NCBI GenBank assembly: GCA_036172245.1 | Contig: JAYWIR010000037.1 | Location: forward strand, 2,046,001-2,110,000 | Origin: Raillietiella orientalis | Taxonomy: Eukaryota | Direction: 5' to 3' | Length of the DNA stretch: 64,000 bases | Made by a program: the position numbers and the translations under genes | Part shown: positions 1 through 14,299 of the stretch, in pieces | Numbering within the stretch: position 1 is the stretch's first letter | Layout of the letters: each line of letters opens with the position of its first letter | Notes under the pieces: model-generated | What the model was told of the DNA's origin: nothing | What the model saw: the letters and a program-made list of their open reading frames with translations, nothing else | Databases searched by the model: none

Positions 1-849
1 GCTGTGAGGAATCAGGAAGTCATTTTCTCGTCACCTGCCCTGGAATAGCGGACCAGCGACGCATTCTACAAATCACTAGGTCTCTTTGGCTCGTTCCTCA
101 TTCAGAGAACCGTTTTAGGGGTGATCGCTGAGATCATCTCTCTCCATCTATCTTTTCTCTCTTTCATTCTTTTGTTGTTGTTGTTGTTGTTTTCATCTCC
201 TTCTGATCTGCACCCCAAACATGAATCTATTAGTGGTTTGAGATCTCTTCATCGAAACAGCTGCGTGGTGGTGCGGGGAAGTTTCCGGAGTGCCTCGCGC
301 ACAGCTTCAGACATTGAGGCTGAGCTACGCACCACCTTGCAAACATCCCAGAGATTCTCCCTGGGCATCCAACGCACAGTTGGACTGCGTTCGGCTTCGG
401 TTGTCGACGGCATCGTCCGTCCATTCAGAGGGAAAAACTTTCCACAGAGCCAGCGGCTCCAGAACGCTCCGGAAGCGTTCCCGTCTCGACACCTCCCGTG
501 ACGATAGGAATGGAACGCATGCAGAGGACGCGGAGAACTGTCTACTCGCGTGGCTTGGATGATCAGGATGAGAAAGTAGGAAAAATTGGGAGGAGTTACA
601 CGGACAATGAGTTGCCAGAGACACACAGAGAGCAACGAAAGAAGATAGAAGAAAGAAGATACCAGGGAGTCCAGTTTGATGGATACGGAACCTGTAGGCA
701 GCACAGCTTCCTGAGAGTCATGGATGTTCAAGTGCTTCGGCATATGCCGTTCAAGAAGACTTGCGTTCACAGCATGTGTTTCTTAGCTCAAGTTTCCTGG
801 AGTTCTTATCGGAGTTCGTGGAGCAGTCGAAATCTTTGTTTTTTCCAAA

Positions 850-1760
850 TTAGGATCGCATAGGGAATCATTCAATCTTCCTACAAAACAAAACCACCCA
901 TGGTAGCTGAAAATCAGCCTGCTCCACTATTTATTGGCCCATCGGCTTCCCTTGACCTCTAAGGTTTGGGGGCAACTACGTTCTCATTGCCCATGTTTAT
1001 AAGAAAAATCAAACTTTCGGATACTTGAGTCCATCTTGACTAAAATAAAAATGGTCAGTCTGGTTCCAGAGACTGTCAGGAAGCGACTAAATCTACTCAT
1101 TGAATCCAACTGGTCCAATACCGATCAGATGGCTTTTAAAGCATCTCTTTTGAACCTATCGACAGTGGCTTCTTCCACATGGAAACAAGTTGAAATCTGA
1201 ATATCAATATGATGACCTTTTGACCCATGATTGAAGCATATTCCTAAATGGTGGCCTATTCCTAAATCCACTTACTTCATCGTTTAAAAACGGTTGCGGA
1301 GAAATCCGGATCTAACCTAGGGTTCCAGCTTTCGAACATCCAGTTTCCAACAACAACAGCAGATAGCCATGTGGAACTTTTTGGTCCCTGAATTGTACTT
1401 TTCTTGACCTATGGGCATTTTACAACGACTTCGTATCAATGACCGTACTGTATGTCGTACTTAATGAAGGATCGACCATACATTGTGATTACAATGTTGT
1501 TAATGTTTTCAAATATCTTTTGTCTGCTTGAAGGTTCTTCGGAGCTATCCCAGGCCTTCTATATGCTTACTGATAGTGAGTAAGCTGACTTACTGCTTCG
1601 GTTTGGATGACTACAACGAAATTAGATGGCTAATGAATCCACCTAATTAACTCATCCACTTTTATATTGAACGTGAACGTGATGCTTAGAAGGGAGTCTC
1701 TTGAAATGACACGCAAAGTACATTTGTTAGTACCACTGTGCTGTTCGTGTATTTATTGTT
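850..1760 (-). mobile_element. Possible very old non-LTR RT remnant
   Basis: Weak QG..LS..LF.I..D-like reading near 1640-1705; many stops. Confidence 0.25.
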
Positions 1761-4700
1761 CAAAGGACATATATAAAGGCTGGTTAACCCACAGTCGGCA
1801 CGGGAAGCGAACACCGAACACGGCGGAGCCAACCTCTGTATGAGACGACATTACTGGCAGGGTCGAAGGCGCTATGGAACACCCTTCACCGAAGAACTCT
1901 CTTGCATTTCCAGCTTTCTTCAGATGTTTCTGTGTCTGCAAGCTCATCATTCTCGAATATTCTATGCTTGAGATGCTTTTTCCACTCTAATATCAAATTC
2001 TTATTGCTTCTCTCTGGTTCTTAACCGGAAGTGATTGCAACCTATTTCTTAATGATCACGCATCACCATGAAGTAGCAAAGACGAGTGAGAGCTTTGTGA
2101 GGCAGCGAATGAACAATCTCTCTTAAAATAGTGCCACAGAAGTATCAGAAGAATTCATCTGCCGTGATGTATAATTCGATAGGACTCCAAAAAAGTGATC
2201 ACAATGATATTTTACTTCTTGACTTCAAATGAATGGTCGTACAAATGGCATTCATCCACCCATCTATGTTTGATTCGCAAACTGATAAATACTATCTCTC
2301 GTACGGACAGAGTCTTAGCTGAGGTTTAATAGCCGATCACAGAATGTCCTTCTTCTCCATTTGAGAGGAAGAAAAAACGGGCTTTATTTGCACTCAAATG
2401 CAATGAATTTCCTGCCTTTATGGAAACATTACAGATTTCCGAAAATGGCGGCGTGAGAATACGGTCAGAAAGAGTACTTTATTGAGTCCCATTTGCAATC
2501 TGCGATCATAAATAAACGCAAATACAGCTCAACCGTAGTTTTTATTTTTATTTTGTGTATCTATATACTGTAAATGATGAAGAAGACCACCAAAGTTGTC
2601 ATCCGAAGAGATACCAAAGAAAAAATAGATCAAGGGAAGAAAGTGAATGATGTTTGTATTTCTTCTTCTTCTGCGTGGAAGGATTTTTCTGCGATGGTAG
2701 TTTGATGGAGTAGCCCCCTCAGGCAGCAAGGGTAACCACGAGAAACACAGATGGACACAAGTGTTTCGGAATCGTATTTGTTCCGTTTCGTTGTTCCACC
2801 ACCTCATTAATGGAAGCGAAGACACTTTCTTGCAGGAGCGCCACCAAAGTCCAAATCAAAGATCTGAAAATGCACAGAGGAACTCGAAATGACACACGCA
2901 GATGATCTACTTTCCCGTTCATGATTGAAGCAAGAAGCTGTCGAACACTGTCAAAGAATAAGTGAATGATGTTCCAAAGCATGGTGCTTCTGATCTGTAA
3001 GTCGGTTGTCAAACCGCTAAGTTAGGGCTTCAGAGGGCAACCATTATCGGATGACATGGAAGAAATCGAAGCTTGCATAAAGGCTGCAAAGCCCACGAAA
3101 GTGCCCCCCATACAAATGATGTCAAAGGAGGAACACGAAAATCAGTCTCTTACACGTCCAACCTTTTGGTAAACGCACGCCACCACATCTGGCGACGAAA
3201 GCGCGACAGTTCCAGCGTTCCTTTGACACATCAGGAAAAACTTGACCTGCCTAACCCGGGAGCTAGTCATCCTGATGGTAGTATAATTAACGACTAGTCA
3301 ATCTGACTTTGCGCCGACGCAGACCGCAAAATGTTCTCTGGGATTGGATTCTAGGAACAGTGAAACCATTTTAATGTTTGCTACTACGTACGACAGAGCA
3401 GTTTTGAGAGGGGGACGATGCATTTTCTGGTTTCTTCTTCTGCCTCTTGCGTTGCAGAATGCCACTCTACAACCAATGGACGCTATTCATATATTACCCA
3501 TCTTCCACTGATGTGTACATTTTCTTGAGAATCGTTCAAAGCCTTTGCAGTCCTTTGCTTTCAGTATCACATTTGAAGCCTGTAATTGTCGCAACTGTCT
3601 AGTGAATCACTGAATTTCATGTAATGGTCAGTTTTAAACACCGCTCCCTAAAGCTGTCCAGCTCCGCGTGCACTGCAAAATTCGGCATCTTAAAATCACC
3701 AAAGGGGAAAGTCGATTTAAAGCGAAGTCATCTTAAAATGCGTGCAGCTGAGTGTGCAAATGTGTGCATTTCAGGAGCTTACTTTAGTAGATTGCTCTTG
3801 CAGTGCCCTTCACCAAAGATATACGGTAAATCATGAGCAGAAGCAATAAGATCAACGCACAGCACACCATTCGAGGTGTTCATTAGGATTCTGTTATGAC
3901 CGTCGTGAGGGAAACGTTTTGACGTTTGAATGAGCGTTCTCCGAAGATGTATCTTGGAATTTCGATGCAAAACACGTACTTTGCAGTTATATCATTCTAT
4001 TCTTGCAGGAAGCCGGTGGTTTGCCTATGGAGAGGACATACAACATTGAAGATTCATAGAGCTGGAAAGTGAATAATTGGAAAACCTCTCTCAAGCGACC
4101 TTAACCTTGCTAGAACAGCTTGAACTCTGGCGTAGGGCTTGAGGGTTCATGTTGTCCAAACTTCAGCCATTCAGCTCGTTGAAGCTCGAAGAGAAACAGC
4201 ATAGCAGTTTCTGAAGCGGTCCAGCGTGGAGGACAGGTTTTTTTTATAGTTTTCATATGAAATAAAGAGTTGACACCCTGGAACTTTCTCGCGATCTGCA
4301 GCCAACTGCTCTCAACTTTCAGCGTAGATTTGAAACCCGTAGAGCACTGTAAACGAGAGTGCGACGGATAAATAGAACCTTAGACCTCTTTTTCCTTTTT
4401 TTTTCTTTTTTTTTTTCTTAGAAAAAGAAAAGAATACCGACAACAGGATTCGTAGAGGCTTTGATGGGCGGCAGTAATGAAATAATGTCTTCACGCCATC
4501 TCCACCACAGTGCTCCGAATGTGAACGCGACTGAATCAACGTGTGCTTCGGTCGAAGCTTTTCTGATTAAACATGCGGAGGGAAGATTCCTTCTCGAGAC
4601 AGGAAACCGGCATTGCCTTGCAAACTCGGTCGTTCATCTGCGCTTTCTGACTCGAAATACGTGTTGAGAATCTGATGACTGGGAGAACGCTCGCGAGCGT

Positions 4701-6387
4701 TCGTCATCCAAAAGAATCAGAAGTGCTCAACAGATACCAAAGAAACGGACGCATGCCAGGAAACAGGAGTCTGTTATGCGAGAACCAGCCCGAGGCTCAC
4801 CGTGAGGATAACAGATGAGTTGTTCCTGTGTCCAGATCACATACGAGACGGTTGATTCTTCGGTGGCTTGTTCCTATCAAAGGAACTCTTATGGAGAGAA
4901 GCAACAGCATCAGGCAAAATTGGAAGCATTCCTCATACTATCAACACTGGAAATTCCTTTGTTTGCAATCGTCAGAAAATTTTAGTAACGTTCCGTGAGT
5001 TGTCCGCCTTCGGTAGCTATCATTTCGTAACTTCTCAGTTCCGATACCTTCTCTTCACTCCGAGTGAGGTCAGTTCGCTCAACCAAATTGCCTATTTGTT
5101 TGGGTACTCAGTTCTCCCTCCCTCCCCCCCCAACACACACACACACACACACACTCCCAATATCTTCTTCGTAATTTTTAGGAAGATTTTTAGGAAGTCA
5201 GAAGAAAAGTGTCATTCCAGGAGAAATTGCACCTTGGGTTAATAAAGTCAAAGAGAATCGATAAGCTCCAGATAAAGTTGTGTTTCTGAGCAAAAAGATT
5301 TTCAGACGATTTGGTATTTTCAATTTTTAATCTGCAAATCGGAAGGTTTTTTTTTTTTTGCTTTTGAATTTCAAGAAACCCTGTGAAAGTAATTTCGGGC
5401 ACGCGAAGTTCCCCTGACTATTTGAATTTCCACTAAGAAGTTTACTTCCTCCAGCATTCCTACTTGAGGATGATTAATCTTCTAATGAACCTGCAATTCC
5501 AATTTCGCGTTTCGACGGAAACTGCTGCATTTCATCTTTCTGCACTCTCAGAAAAAATCAAATGGTGAAAAGAGGATACTCAAATTAAAGGGTTTGCTCA
5601 CACTGCAAATAAGCTGTACAAAAACTTTGTACAGTTCATCTGGAAGTCACCCTTCCACAGGAGAATATCTAAGCTCGAACTGCTTTCTACTCACGACCAG
5701 CACTGCATCACAAACCTCCTTCAAGAAAATGACCTTCGATTGCTGAAGCCATTTGTTTGTGCCAGAAGAGGTGAGATAATCTGCTGCAATGGTCTCTCTT
5801 CACAAAGAGGAAGAGCATGACTGTCTTGCAGAGAATTTCTTGTGGGTTCCATATAGAGATGCAGCTGGAACATGTTCTGCGACTCCCAGCCCCGATCTTC
5901 TGGATGCCGCCTGATTCAGAAGCTGAGGAAAGACTTTGCCACCCCTTGGAATCGACCCCATCCCCGATGCTGAAAAAATGACGAAGGGAACGTTCAGCTT
6001 ATTTTTCTTCTTATTCATTTCTCGCCTTTCAAAAAGCCATGACTTTTCACTTGAATGTATTTGAATTGTGCTTGAAAAGCACGTAAAGGGGCTGCACAAA
6101 TGAGCGAATCGGTTGCTACAAGAATCCAGCTTTCCAGTAAAACGGTCCATAACTAATGGAAAAAGCCTTCTACTCCTTCGGCGAGATCTCCGATTTGCAC
6201 ATTTTATCTCGTCCATCCCTTGTGAAAAAAGAAAAGAAAAGAAAAGAAAAGAAGACGGAAGAATCGAAAGATCCCGAAGCAGGAGGCATAAGGGAACGAT
6301 TCCGATTTGGAACTGACCGCCGATTATCAATCCATCCATCCTAATTTCACGCTTCTTCCTGGGATGTCGACACTCTTTCTTCGTGAC

Positions 6388-6415
6388 TCTTCTTCTTCTT
6401 CTTCTTCTTCTTCTT
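6388..6415. repeat. (TTC)n microsatellite
   Basis: Direct reading. Confidence 0.9.
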
Positions 6416-8643
6416 GAAGAGCATAAACGATGAGGGGGAAAAATGAACTTTCAAGGAAAAAGGAAATTTCCCTCCCCTTTCGCAGAAGCAAACTCTTCCA
6501 CCCAGTTTGTTTCCTGGGTTCGTTTTCCTGTATTCTCACTCTGTTGTAAGAGCACTCTATTTTCCCGCCAGCAGATTCCGTCTGCGCAAACAGCTAGTGG
6601 ATTGATTTACAACCGTAATTTTCTGGAATTGAAGAATGTTCCGAATTCAGAACACCAGAGAGCCATGAAAGCACCAGAGAGGGGGGTAATTTTCCCTGGG
6701 CGCCGCCAGACACGAAATGCACGACTTTGTGTTGTTTTCGGGTGCACTTTGTGAAAGGAGTTGCCCCCGGGAACGAGGAGGCTGCGTCCTGCGAAACGCC
6801 AAATCCCCACAGTTTGCCCACTCAGTTCTCCGTTTCGGAATGGTTCTCACCTGAGCCTAATGATCATTACCCCTGACTGCCTCTTGAACCATCGTTCCTT
6901 GAAACTTGGTGGACCCTACGAAACCTTTCGTTCATTCGCTCCCGAGAGTTACTTCCTTGGTATGAACGCGAAGAGCGGATGGGGAAAAGGGAAAAAGCCC
7001 TTGGATACCTTCCAAGGGACATTTCTAGAGGGGTTATTGCAATTAATCTAATTAATGGAGTCATCTTTTTCCTTCTCCAACAATTAATAGGAGGAAATTG
7101 GGACGAACTATTGACTATTAAAAACATGGAGGAAACTAAATGGATCGTACAGAAAGGCATTTCATAAGTACGGATCCAAAATAACGGAAATCGTCAATTA
7201 AGAGGTAACTACCGACAGATTTCCGCTGCTTAGAAACAGCTCCGAAACTGTTTGGGGATGGGATACTTCCCTGGATTTAGAAAGTAATTTCCATTTCGGG
7301 AAGTTTAGGAACGTAGTCAGCGTTGACCTTAGATTTCAAGAAAGTATCGAGATACGAGCACTCGTCACGATATTATTAAATGATGTACCTAATGGTTGAT
7401 TATTTGCATTTACTTATGCACAAAATATAAAGTGCTGCATGCTTTTCGTGACCGTTTTGTTAGATTTTAGATCAGAGACTGTCCAAATTCGAAACCGTAA
7501 TCTGAATGATGGCTGAAATCTTCTAATGACGGCACGATTTAGACATAAAAAGAGTGGTTTTCATCTATGTTTGCGAGAAAGGCTGCTCAATAAATCTGAA
7601 TAAACGCAAACCTTCCTGGTGTTTCTGCGGGGATTTTAAGATGGAGATAAATTTAGAAATTCGTAGACTGAAAGACGAGTAGATCACACCAACTTCACAT
7701 GAATGCCCATGTACGTATCCAAGAGAATATCATTACAAGTAGGTGACCACTGTCTTGAAGTCATTTTAGCATTCGTCCACTCTTCGTGAAAATGCAGCTG
7801 CACATTCGACTTTCATGAATTGTGAGTAAATGATGACCACTTCCCGAAGAAACCGCAGGCCTTTCCTAAATCAACGGCGGGCAGTTTATCCTAAGGGAAC
7901 CATTCTCACGGACACTCAATCAGAAACGTACCGACACACATTGGGAAAATGCTCATCGAAAAGGAAAACACCTTCCCAATAAAGATCGTTTCCTGAGGAG
8001 TATGCTTGTCGTACTTTCAGGAGATAAGGAATCAGATTTGTGGACGAATGAAATTGGTTTGCTGAAGAGCATCACGAAAGATATAGATGAGTGAAGTGAA
8101 GAATATCTTGGATGATCTCAAGTCTCTCGATCTCAGTCGCTCGAAAACAGGTGGTCCCACCATGGAAGCTGTAAAAACAAATCAAATTTCACAGCCTGAT
8201 GGGGATGCTCATATTTCCTTGCATCTTGAAATAAAAACTGATACTTCTATTGCTTCTCAGGTTGCAGATCATTAGCCAACTATAGGAGCAGTACTTTAGG
8301 ATAGTATCTTAGCCAAACACAAAACGGTACTTTTGAGCAATTCCTCAAATGTCCATAGCCAACGACCTTTGCACTTTCAAACGAATTTATTCAAATATCT
8401 CTTTTGGGAATCGGTTATTTTTTCCTCGCATCTGCTAAATTCTTCCGTGTTGATTTCTTAACATGGCTTTACATTTTCATCCACTGTGTGTGTGTATGTG
8501 TGTGTGTGTGTACGCGCGCACCGCATTTCCAAGTAGAAATAATTTCTCTATTTGTAGAATACCCGGTGTTTGAGTATGCGCGAATCTAAGGAAGAATCTG
8601 ATTCATAATCCCGAAAGATGTTAAATCCACATATCTGTACATG

Positions 8644-9998
8644 CGAGGCTCATCTCAAAAGTAAGGGCCGATCGGACATAAAGAAAGAACACATAAGAGA
8701 AACAAAAATGAATCAGTGGTTCTAAACACATCCATTCATCCCCATGTCATTTTTCTGCGTAGTCACCATTTTTTTCAAACACTTTTTATACACTGGAACA
8801 GGCTTTTGAAACCCTCTGAGTAAAAGTCACTGGGCGGGACTGTAAGGGTGGGGGATATTAAAACGTCCTTATTTGAATTTCCGAATTGTCTGGAATGTGT
8901 GGACAGCATGTGTTGTCGCCAAGGCGCGCGTTGCTTTCCACCCGGGTGCGCCGGGGCGTTTATTCCTAAACCATCCAGGAACAGGGTTCCTGGACAAAGG
9001 ACACAGAGAAACGAAGGAAGGGCTCCCCGAAACGCAGGTCGGTAAATCCGGAAGTCTGGAACGGGAGGGAAAGGACCACAAATACACATATAAAAAATAG
9101 AAATAAAGATATGGGGAGGGTAGGGGACAGGGGTCTTTGGCTTCGGCCGTTTCTGTCTTTCAGAACCGGCGTTGCATGCCGGAGATCTCGTCCCCTGCGT
9201 CTTCCGGAAGATGAGACCACACGGCAGCCGACGTCATGTTCTCGTCGGCTATTCCGGTAGCCTGTCGACGAATCGCCTGAGTCTCCAGCTCTCGGTGGAC
9301 CTTGTCGATGGCGCGGGTGCAACAGACCGTTGTGATGACAGCACCTAACGACAGGCCGCCTGGTGTGAAGAAGCGGCGCATCAAATCCCTTGCGGTGTCC
9401 CCCTGGTCCTGGAGAGCTGAGGCCAGCCTCCGCCAAAGTCCTTGGAGGGCACCGCAGTCGAAAAGCAGGCGCGCGTTGTCGTGGAGGAGAAGAACCATTC
9501 CTGACCTCAGCATTCCACGTCGTCGGTTCTGAATGGCCCGCCGCAGTTTGGAAAGTGCTTCACAGCAGACTTGCAAAGTGACGGTTGTTCCATAAAGTCC
9601 ACCGGAAGCACACCCTTCTGGTCCCACACACTGCTGTCCGCACTTTCCAGACAATTCAGGAATTCGAATGGGAACTTTTTGATCACCCTTTTTACAGCTC
9701 CGCCCAGTGACTTCTTCCTTCTCGCATCTTCAGGAGTGGCTCAACGATTCGAGGAAAGTGATGAGGAGTTGAAAGTTGCAGTTCTGAACCGAACTGACAC
9801 CCAGGCGGCGGAATTTTACGCAGAGGGTTCCAAAAAGACTTGTTCCACGGTGTCAGAGGTGTTTGGAAAGGAATGGTGACCACGCAGAAAAATGACACGG
9901 GGATGAATGGATGTGTTTAGAACCACCAATGCGTTTTTGTTTCTCTTATTTGTTCTTTCTTTATATCCGATCGGCTCTTACTTTTGAGATGAGCCTCG
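8644..9998. mobile_element. Foldback mariner-derived MITE (two 3' transposase ends), copy 1, carrying a LINE insertion
   Basis: TIR CGAGGCTCATCTCAAAAGTAAG at both ends, TG/TA flanks; mariner transposase remnants LRRAIQNRRRGMLRSGMVLLLHDNAR (minus) and APPSDFF...QRFEESDEELKVAV...QAAEFYAEG (plus). Confidence 0.9.
8934..9466 (-). mobile_element. 5'-truncated Tx1/L1-like LINE (ORF2 C-terminus and 3' UTR) inserted in mariner copy 1
   Basis: 12-bp TSD AGGCGCGCGTTG (8922-8933, 9467-9478), single in the empty site of copy 2; reads LLFDCGALQGLWRRL...stop, then AATAAA and a terminal hairpin. Confidence 0.85.
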
Positions 9999-11553
9999 TA
10001 TGTACAGATATATGGATTTAACATCTTTCGGGATTTCGAAGCAGATTCTTCCTTAGATCCGCACATACTCAAACACCAGGTATTCTACAAATAGAGAAAT
10101 AGTGAAAGACAAACCTAAAAAGGCGATTCAGCGATAAAAGCAGATGCTGTGGGTAGAAAAGGAGATTTTAAAAATAGCTCCAAAACGAAGAGAGCAAAAG
10201 AAACTCAAGTGAATGTGAAAGCTTTCAGATTTTCCGAAATTTAAGAGAAAGAAAGTTTGCAATGCAGATAGAATGTGAAAGTGCAAAAGGAGAAATGACC
10301 AGTCCTAAGAAACTCGAGAGATTACCTTTGACATAAGAGGCAGAACTCTTAAGGACAAATCTGAGGATCACTGGATTGACTGTCTGTCTGCTGCAAAGTA
10401 TGACGGACACTCAATTCAGCGCACAGGACTAAACGTAAGGCACTCTCCAGAAGAGGAAGGATGCCGTCCGCAACAGTGCGATCGCGGAAGCCCTAATGTG
10501 CTCTTCCAGAAATCTGCACAGGAATAATCGCATAATAATTCACTTGGCATTTGTCTCAGGTATTACATGCATGGAAGCCAGAATACGCGCCAGTGGCTTC
10601 TTTCCGCTAATACCAGGAAAAGTCCCTGAACAAGGGAAGCGCAGGAATTTTCGTCACATGTACTCATCAAAAAGGAGGAAGATAAGCCTCTCATCAGAGG
10701 AAAGCAATCCGAGAAACACCACGTGGTGCACTCTTAAGGAGACCTCTTGCACCATAGGAGCTGAAAACATTTCGTCCCAACATCGAAAGAAGAGCTCAAA
10801 CCTCGACTTGAGAAACGAGCAGCAGCAAACTGTTTCAGCGAAACCCTCCTTTGGAGGCTGCGTACGTGACCTGACGTGCGAAATCTCCGGATGTTTGGGA
10901 GTTCGCTTAAACATACAAACTGAGGAATTCTTTCGCAAATGAATTAAAGGAAACTTGCGGAAACAGCGAATGAATGATGGGTGTTCGGAATGATGCTGTT
11001 TACCGACCAGGCATATTCAGAAGGGAACCCTGCGGGAGTGCCTTCCAGGCTCCAAGGACGAGTGCTTATTCTATCTCTTTTTCCGCTACAAATTGAAGAA
11101 AAATGTCATTTGTCCGATGTGCAAAACCTTCCTCTTGCACTTCATTCGACTTGATTACCTGTCGTTCAGGCAGAATGCTCTTTCATCTCTTCATCACTAT
11201 CTTTGTGAGGCGGCAAAGTAGAACATCCAATCCGTCTCTGAATCTCCACCCCGGTCTTCTGTCTTCCAAATCCATCCCAGCATACCCTCTTGCATTTCTA
11301 GCCTTCTGCTCTCAAACCTCAAAGGCAAGTCCTCTTCCTGTGGTCAGTCGCTCATCTCTACCCACTGCCACCATTGGAAGTGAATCGTATAGATTCCAAT
11401 TTACCTGTGCTGAATTCTTTTCGTGTGAGCTCCAAAGCCATGAAGGCTTCTTCAAAGTCATGTGGTTGTTTTTTACTTGTTTTTCTCCCGTGTTGGTAGG
11501 GGTTAAACATTTGTTCTTTTTGCTACCGAATCGACAGGAGACCCCCACGAGAG

Positions 11554-11880
11554 TATGGGCGGATCAGGAAGAGTGGTTCAAAATCCTGAAAGATCTTAAA
11601 AATAAATACATATGTTTATATATATATATGTGTGTGTGTGTGAGTTATTTATTATGTATACATATTCAGTTAGCACACATATGTATATATTTCAAATTGC
11701 ATATTTATTAATAGTTATTGGTTTGCATATTATTAATGATATTATTATTTTAAGACACATATTTATTAATAGGCGTAAATATTTATAATCTCTATAAGAA
11801 ATATTAATATATATAACAAACATATGTATTTTTGAGATCTTTGGGGATTTTGATTGTTCAGGATTTTGATCGGCACCATA
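11554..11880. mobile_element. AT-rich MITE
   Basis: Imperfect TIRs (TATGG..GATCA; TCAAAATCC..AAAGATCT..AAAA..TACATATG) around an extremely AT-rich core. Confidence 0.65.
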
Positions 11881-14299
11881 AGGAAAAGGATGCCCACACT
11901 CTTATTCCAAGCTTCTTCTCGATATAACCCCTTCTTTCCTGTCTCCCTTTAGTTTTCGCTTCTTCTTATCGTCCCAGCTCTTCTTCAAGTCGCGGTGTAT
12001 AAAAAAATTCCATCAAAGAAGGAATCAGCGAATCCTCAGGGCGTCAAAATTCAATATTCCCTAACTCTCGTAAAGCTGTGGGCTGCCCTTCAGCCCCCGT
12101 GTGCTTCTTCTGGTGCTCTGTTTTTTGTTGTTGTTGTTGCTGCTGCTGCTGCTGCTGCGTTTTTTGATACATCACCTCAATCCTTTGATCCAGGTCCACG
12201 ACCAGGTCTTCTGACCTAACTTTCACTTCTCTCCACGAGTTCAAAAAACCGACAACCTCTCCTAATCACTGCATCAGCTTTCTTCACTCGTTCACCAGGC
12301 CGCCAAAAGTCACTTCCAAGAGAGCACGAGTGACACAAGTCTTTCAAAGCTGCCACTGCGCAGCAGCATTCGGTCCCAGATCCGGTCAGCGGATATCTGA
12401 AAATTTGCGCCTGACTCTGAAGATCCTCATCTGCAAACTTTCCCAGGCACGAAACAAGACAGGTTTAGACTCCTGTTTTGGAAATGCAAGGTGGAAAAAT
12501 GACTCAAAAGAATGGCTGGACTTGGGAACAGAAGGAAGTCATTCTTTAGACAGAGGTCGTTCAGAGTGAACTCTGCTTGGAACGTACTTTTGTTTTCGTA
12601 TTCTTAGACTGTCTTCTGTTCAGTTCCCAAGTCCGAGTTTCTCATCTGCTTGCTTATCATTCCCACATCATTAAGGACTGGCGATCATGGGACGCTTACG
12701 ACCCGCAGGTCACTGCCTCCGTAGTCAAGGTCAGCAAACCACATTGTAGAAAAAAGGAAATCTGCTCTGAAAGCAATCTCCTGCTTGTGGCACTTGCTAC
12801 GAAGTAATGATGACCACTTACTGAATTGTATTTGGTGGCTCTTTGGTATAAGAGCAGGATGTTGACTCTCATGAACCAAAGAAACAAAGTTCTGATTCTG
12901 TTTTCTTGTGTAGAGAACGGATCCTTTTCTAAATATCTCGCACTCGTGTCCCCTCACGATTTGGAGATCCCCATAATGGATCTTTTTGATGCGTTTCTTC
13001 AAAATCCGGTCGCCATCTTTTTCTGAAAATCAAAGGCAAAAATCCTTCATCCATTCACTTGTTAACTCAGCATTCAGCTCTCCACAGATCTGTTGTGATC
13101 TTGGAGATTCTTGTCTTGAGCGTTGCCGATGAAACTCATTCACAGGCTTTTCCGGTCATCATGTACGGAAATGAAGATGTTAGGAGTGCTCAGAGAGAGC
13201 TGTGTTCATGCATGTCCAGGGTTACGTGCGGTCCCTCATCACTTCGGAATCGTGAAATGAGATGTCTTCTGTCATTCCGATCGATCCAGTTTGGCATGGA
13301 TGATGCTCTTCTTGCTCTGTTCCAGTATTGAGAACATTCCAGCTACCTCTTCGAACCGATTGCCCAAATATGAAATCCTCTCTATTTCTCAAATGCGTTT
13401 CGAGATCTCCGAATTCTCTCAGAGTTCTCCAGAATTCTTTCGAAGCCATCTCGGCAGCTCAGTATCTTTCACTAGTGTTCCGAGCTTGAGGAAAGAAATG
13501 AGAAGGAAACAAATGTTCCCATTTGTTTCCTCAGTTGTTTTGTTTCCTCATCCGTTTCCTTCTGCTACATCCTCTGCTCTCGTGTTGCTAGGATACCATC
13601 GTGACGCAGTTTCGCGCTTCGCCGTGAATAATCACACTGAAGATAAATGCCACATCATTTCCACTTGGCTTTCCACTAACCTACCACTTAGCCTTCCGAA
13701 ACCAAACATGCTCATTCCTCAGGAATTAGCCTCCTCGAAACGCTCACCTACAAGGACATCGGGAAATATTGCAGGCCAAATCCGCTCCAATTAAGTAAAC
13801 ACCGCTACAGAGAGTGCACTCTGAAAGGAAGTGCACTATCAACATTCCTGACTTTCCCGGAAAGGTCATTAAAGCATCCAAGAGTTTCAAAAAAAATCAT
13901 TTTCTTCCTAGTCAATATATAGGAGGTTGGATGCACTTTAAATCATGTAAACCGATCTACTAACTGAAACATACGGACAATCCAAGTGCCGGCACATGGA
14001 TGTACAATGAAAACATACGTAATTACAGACTCAGAAAGACTTATTTGCTCATATAACACATGAAATGAAAATTTGATGTTACAGAGAAGCAACTCAGAGC
14101 TTTAAGGAAGAGAGGAAGGGTTTACAAAGATGGCAAAGAATTCCGTATGCAACGATTTCAATAGATTCTCTGGGCTGGTGCAACGGAATTTCCCTCAGCT
14201 GAACTACTCGAAGCGATATTTTTGGCTTTTTCTTCTTTCCGTAGAGACCAATGACATGCGTTACACGAAGCTCCACATGTGTGGTTACAGATGCGGTCA

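Noticed and set aside
8934..9466. Strict SINE specificity for the whole hairpin-ended LINE group
   Set aside because: This relative sits in a mariner and the 43.6 kb one at a different site and orientation; any targeting could apply only to the 19/27 kb subfamily
9160..9654. Mariner-LINE fusion ORF as a novel protein
   Set aside because: Chance in-frame junction created by the insertion; no true start and both parts degenerate
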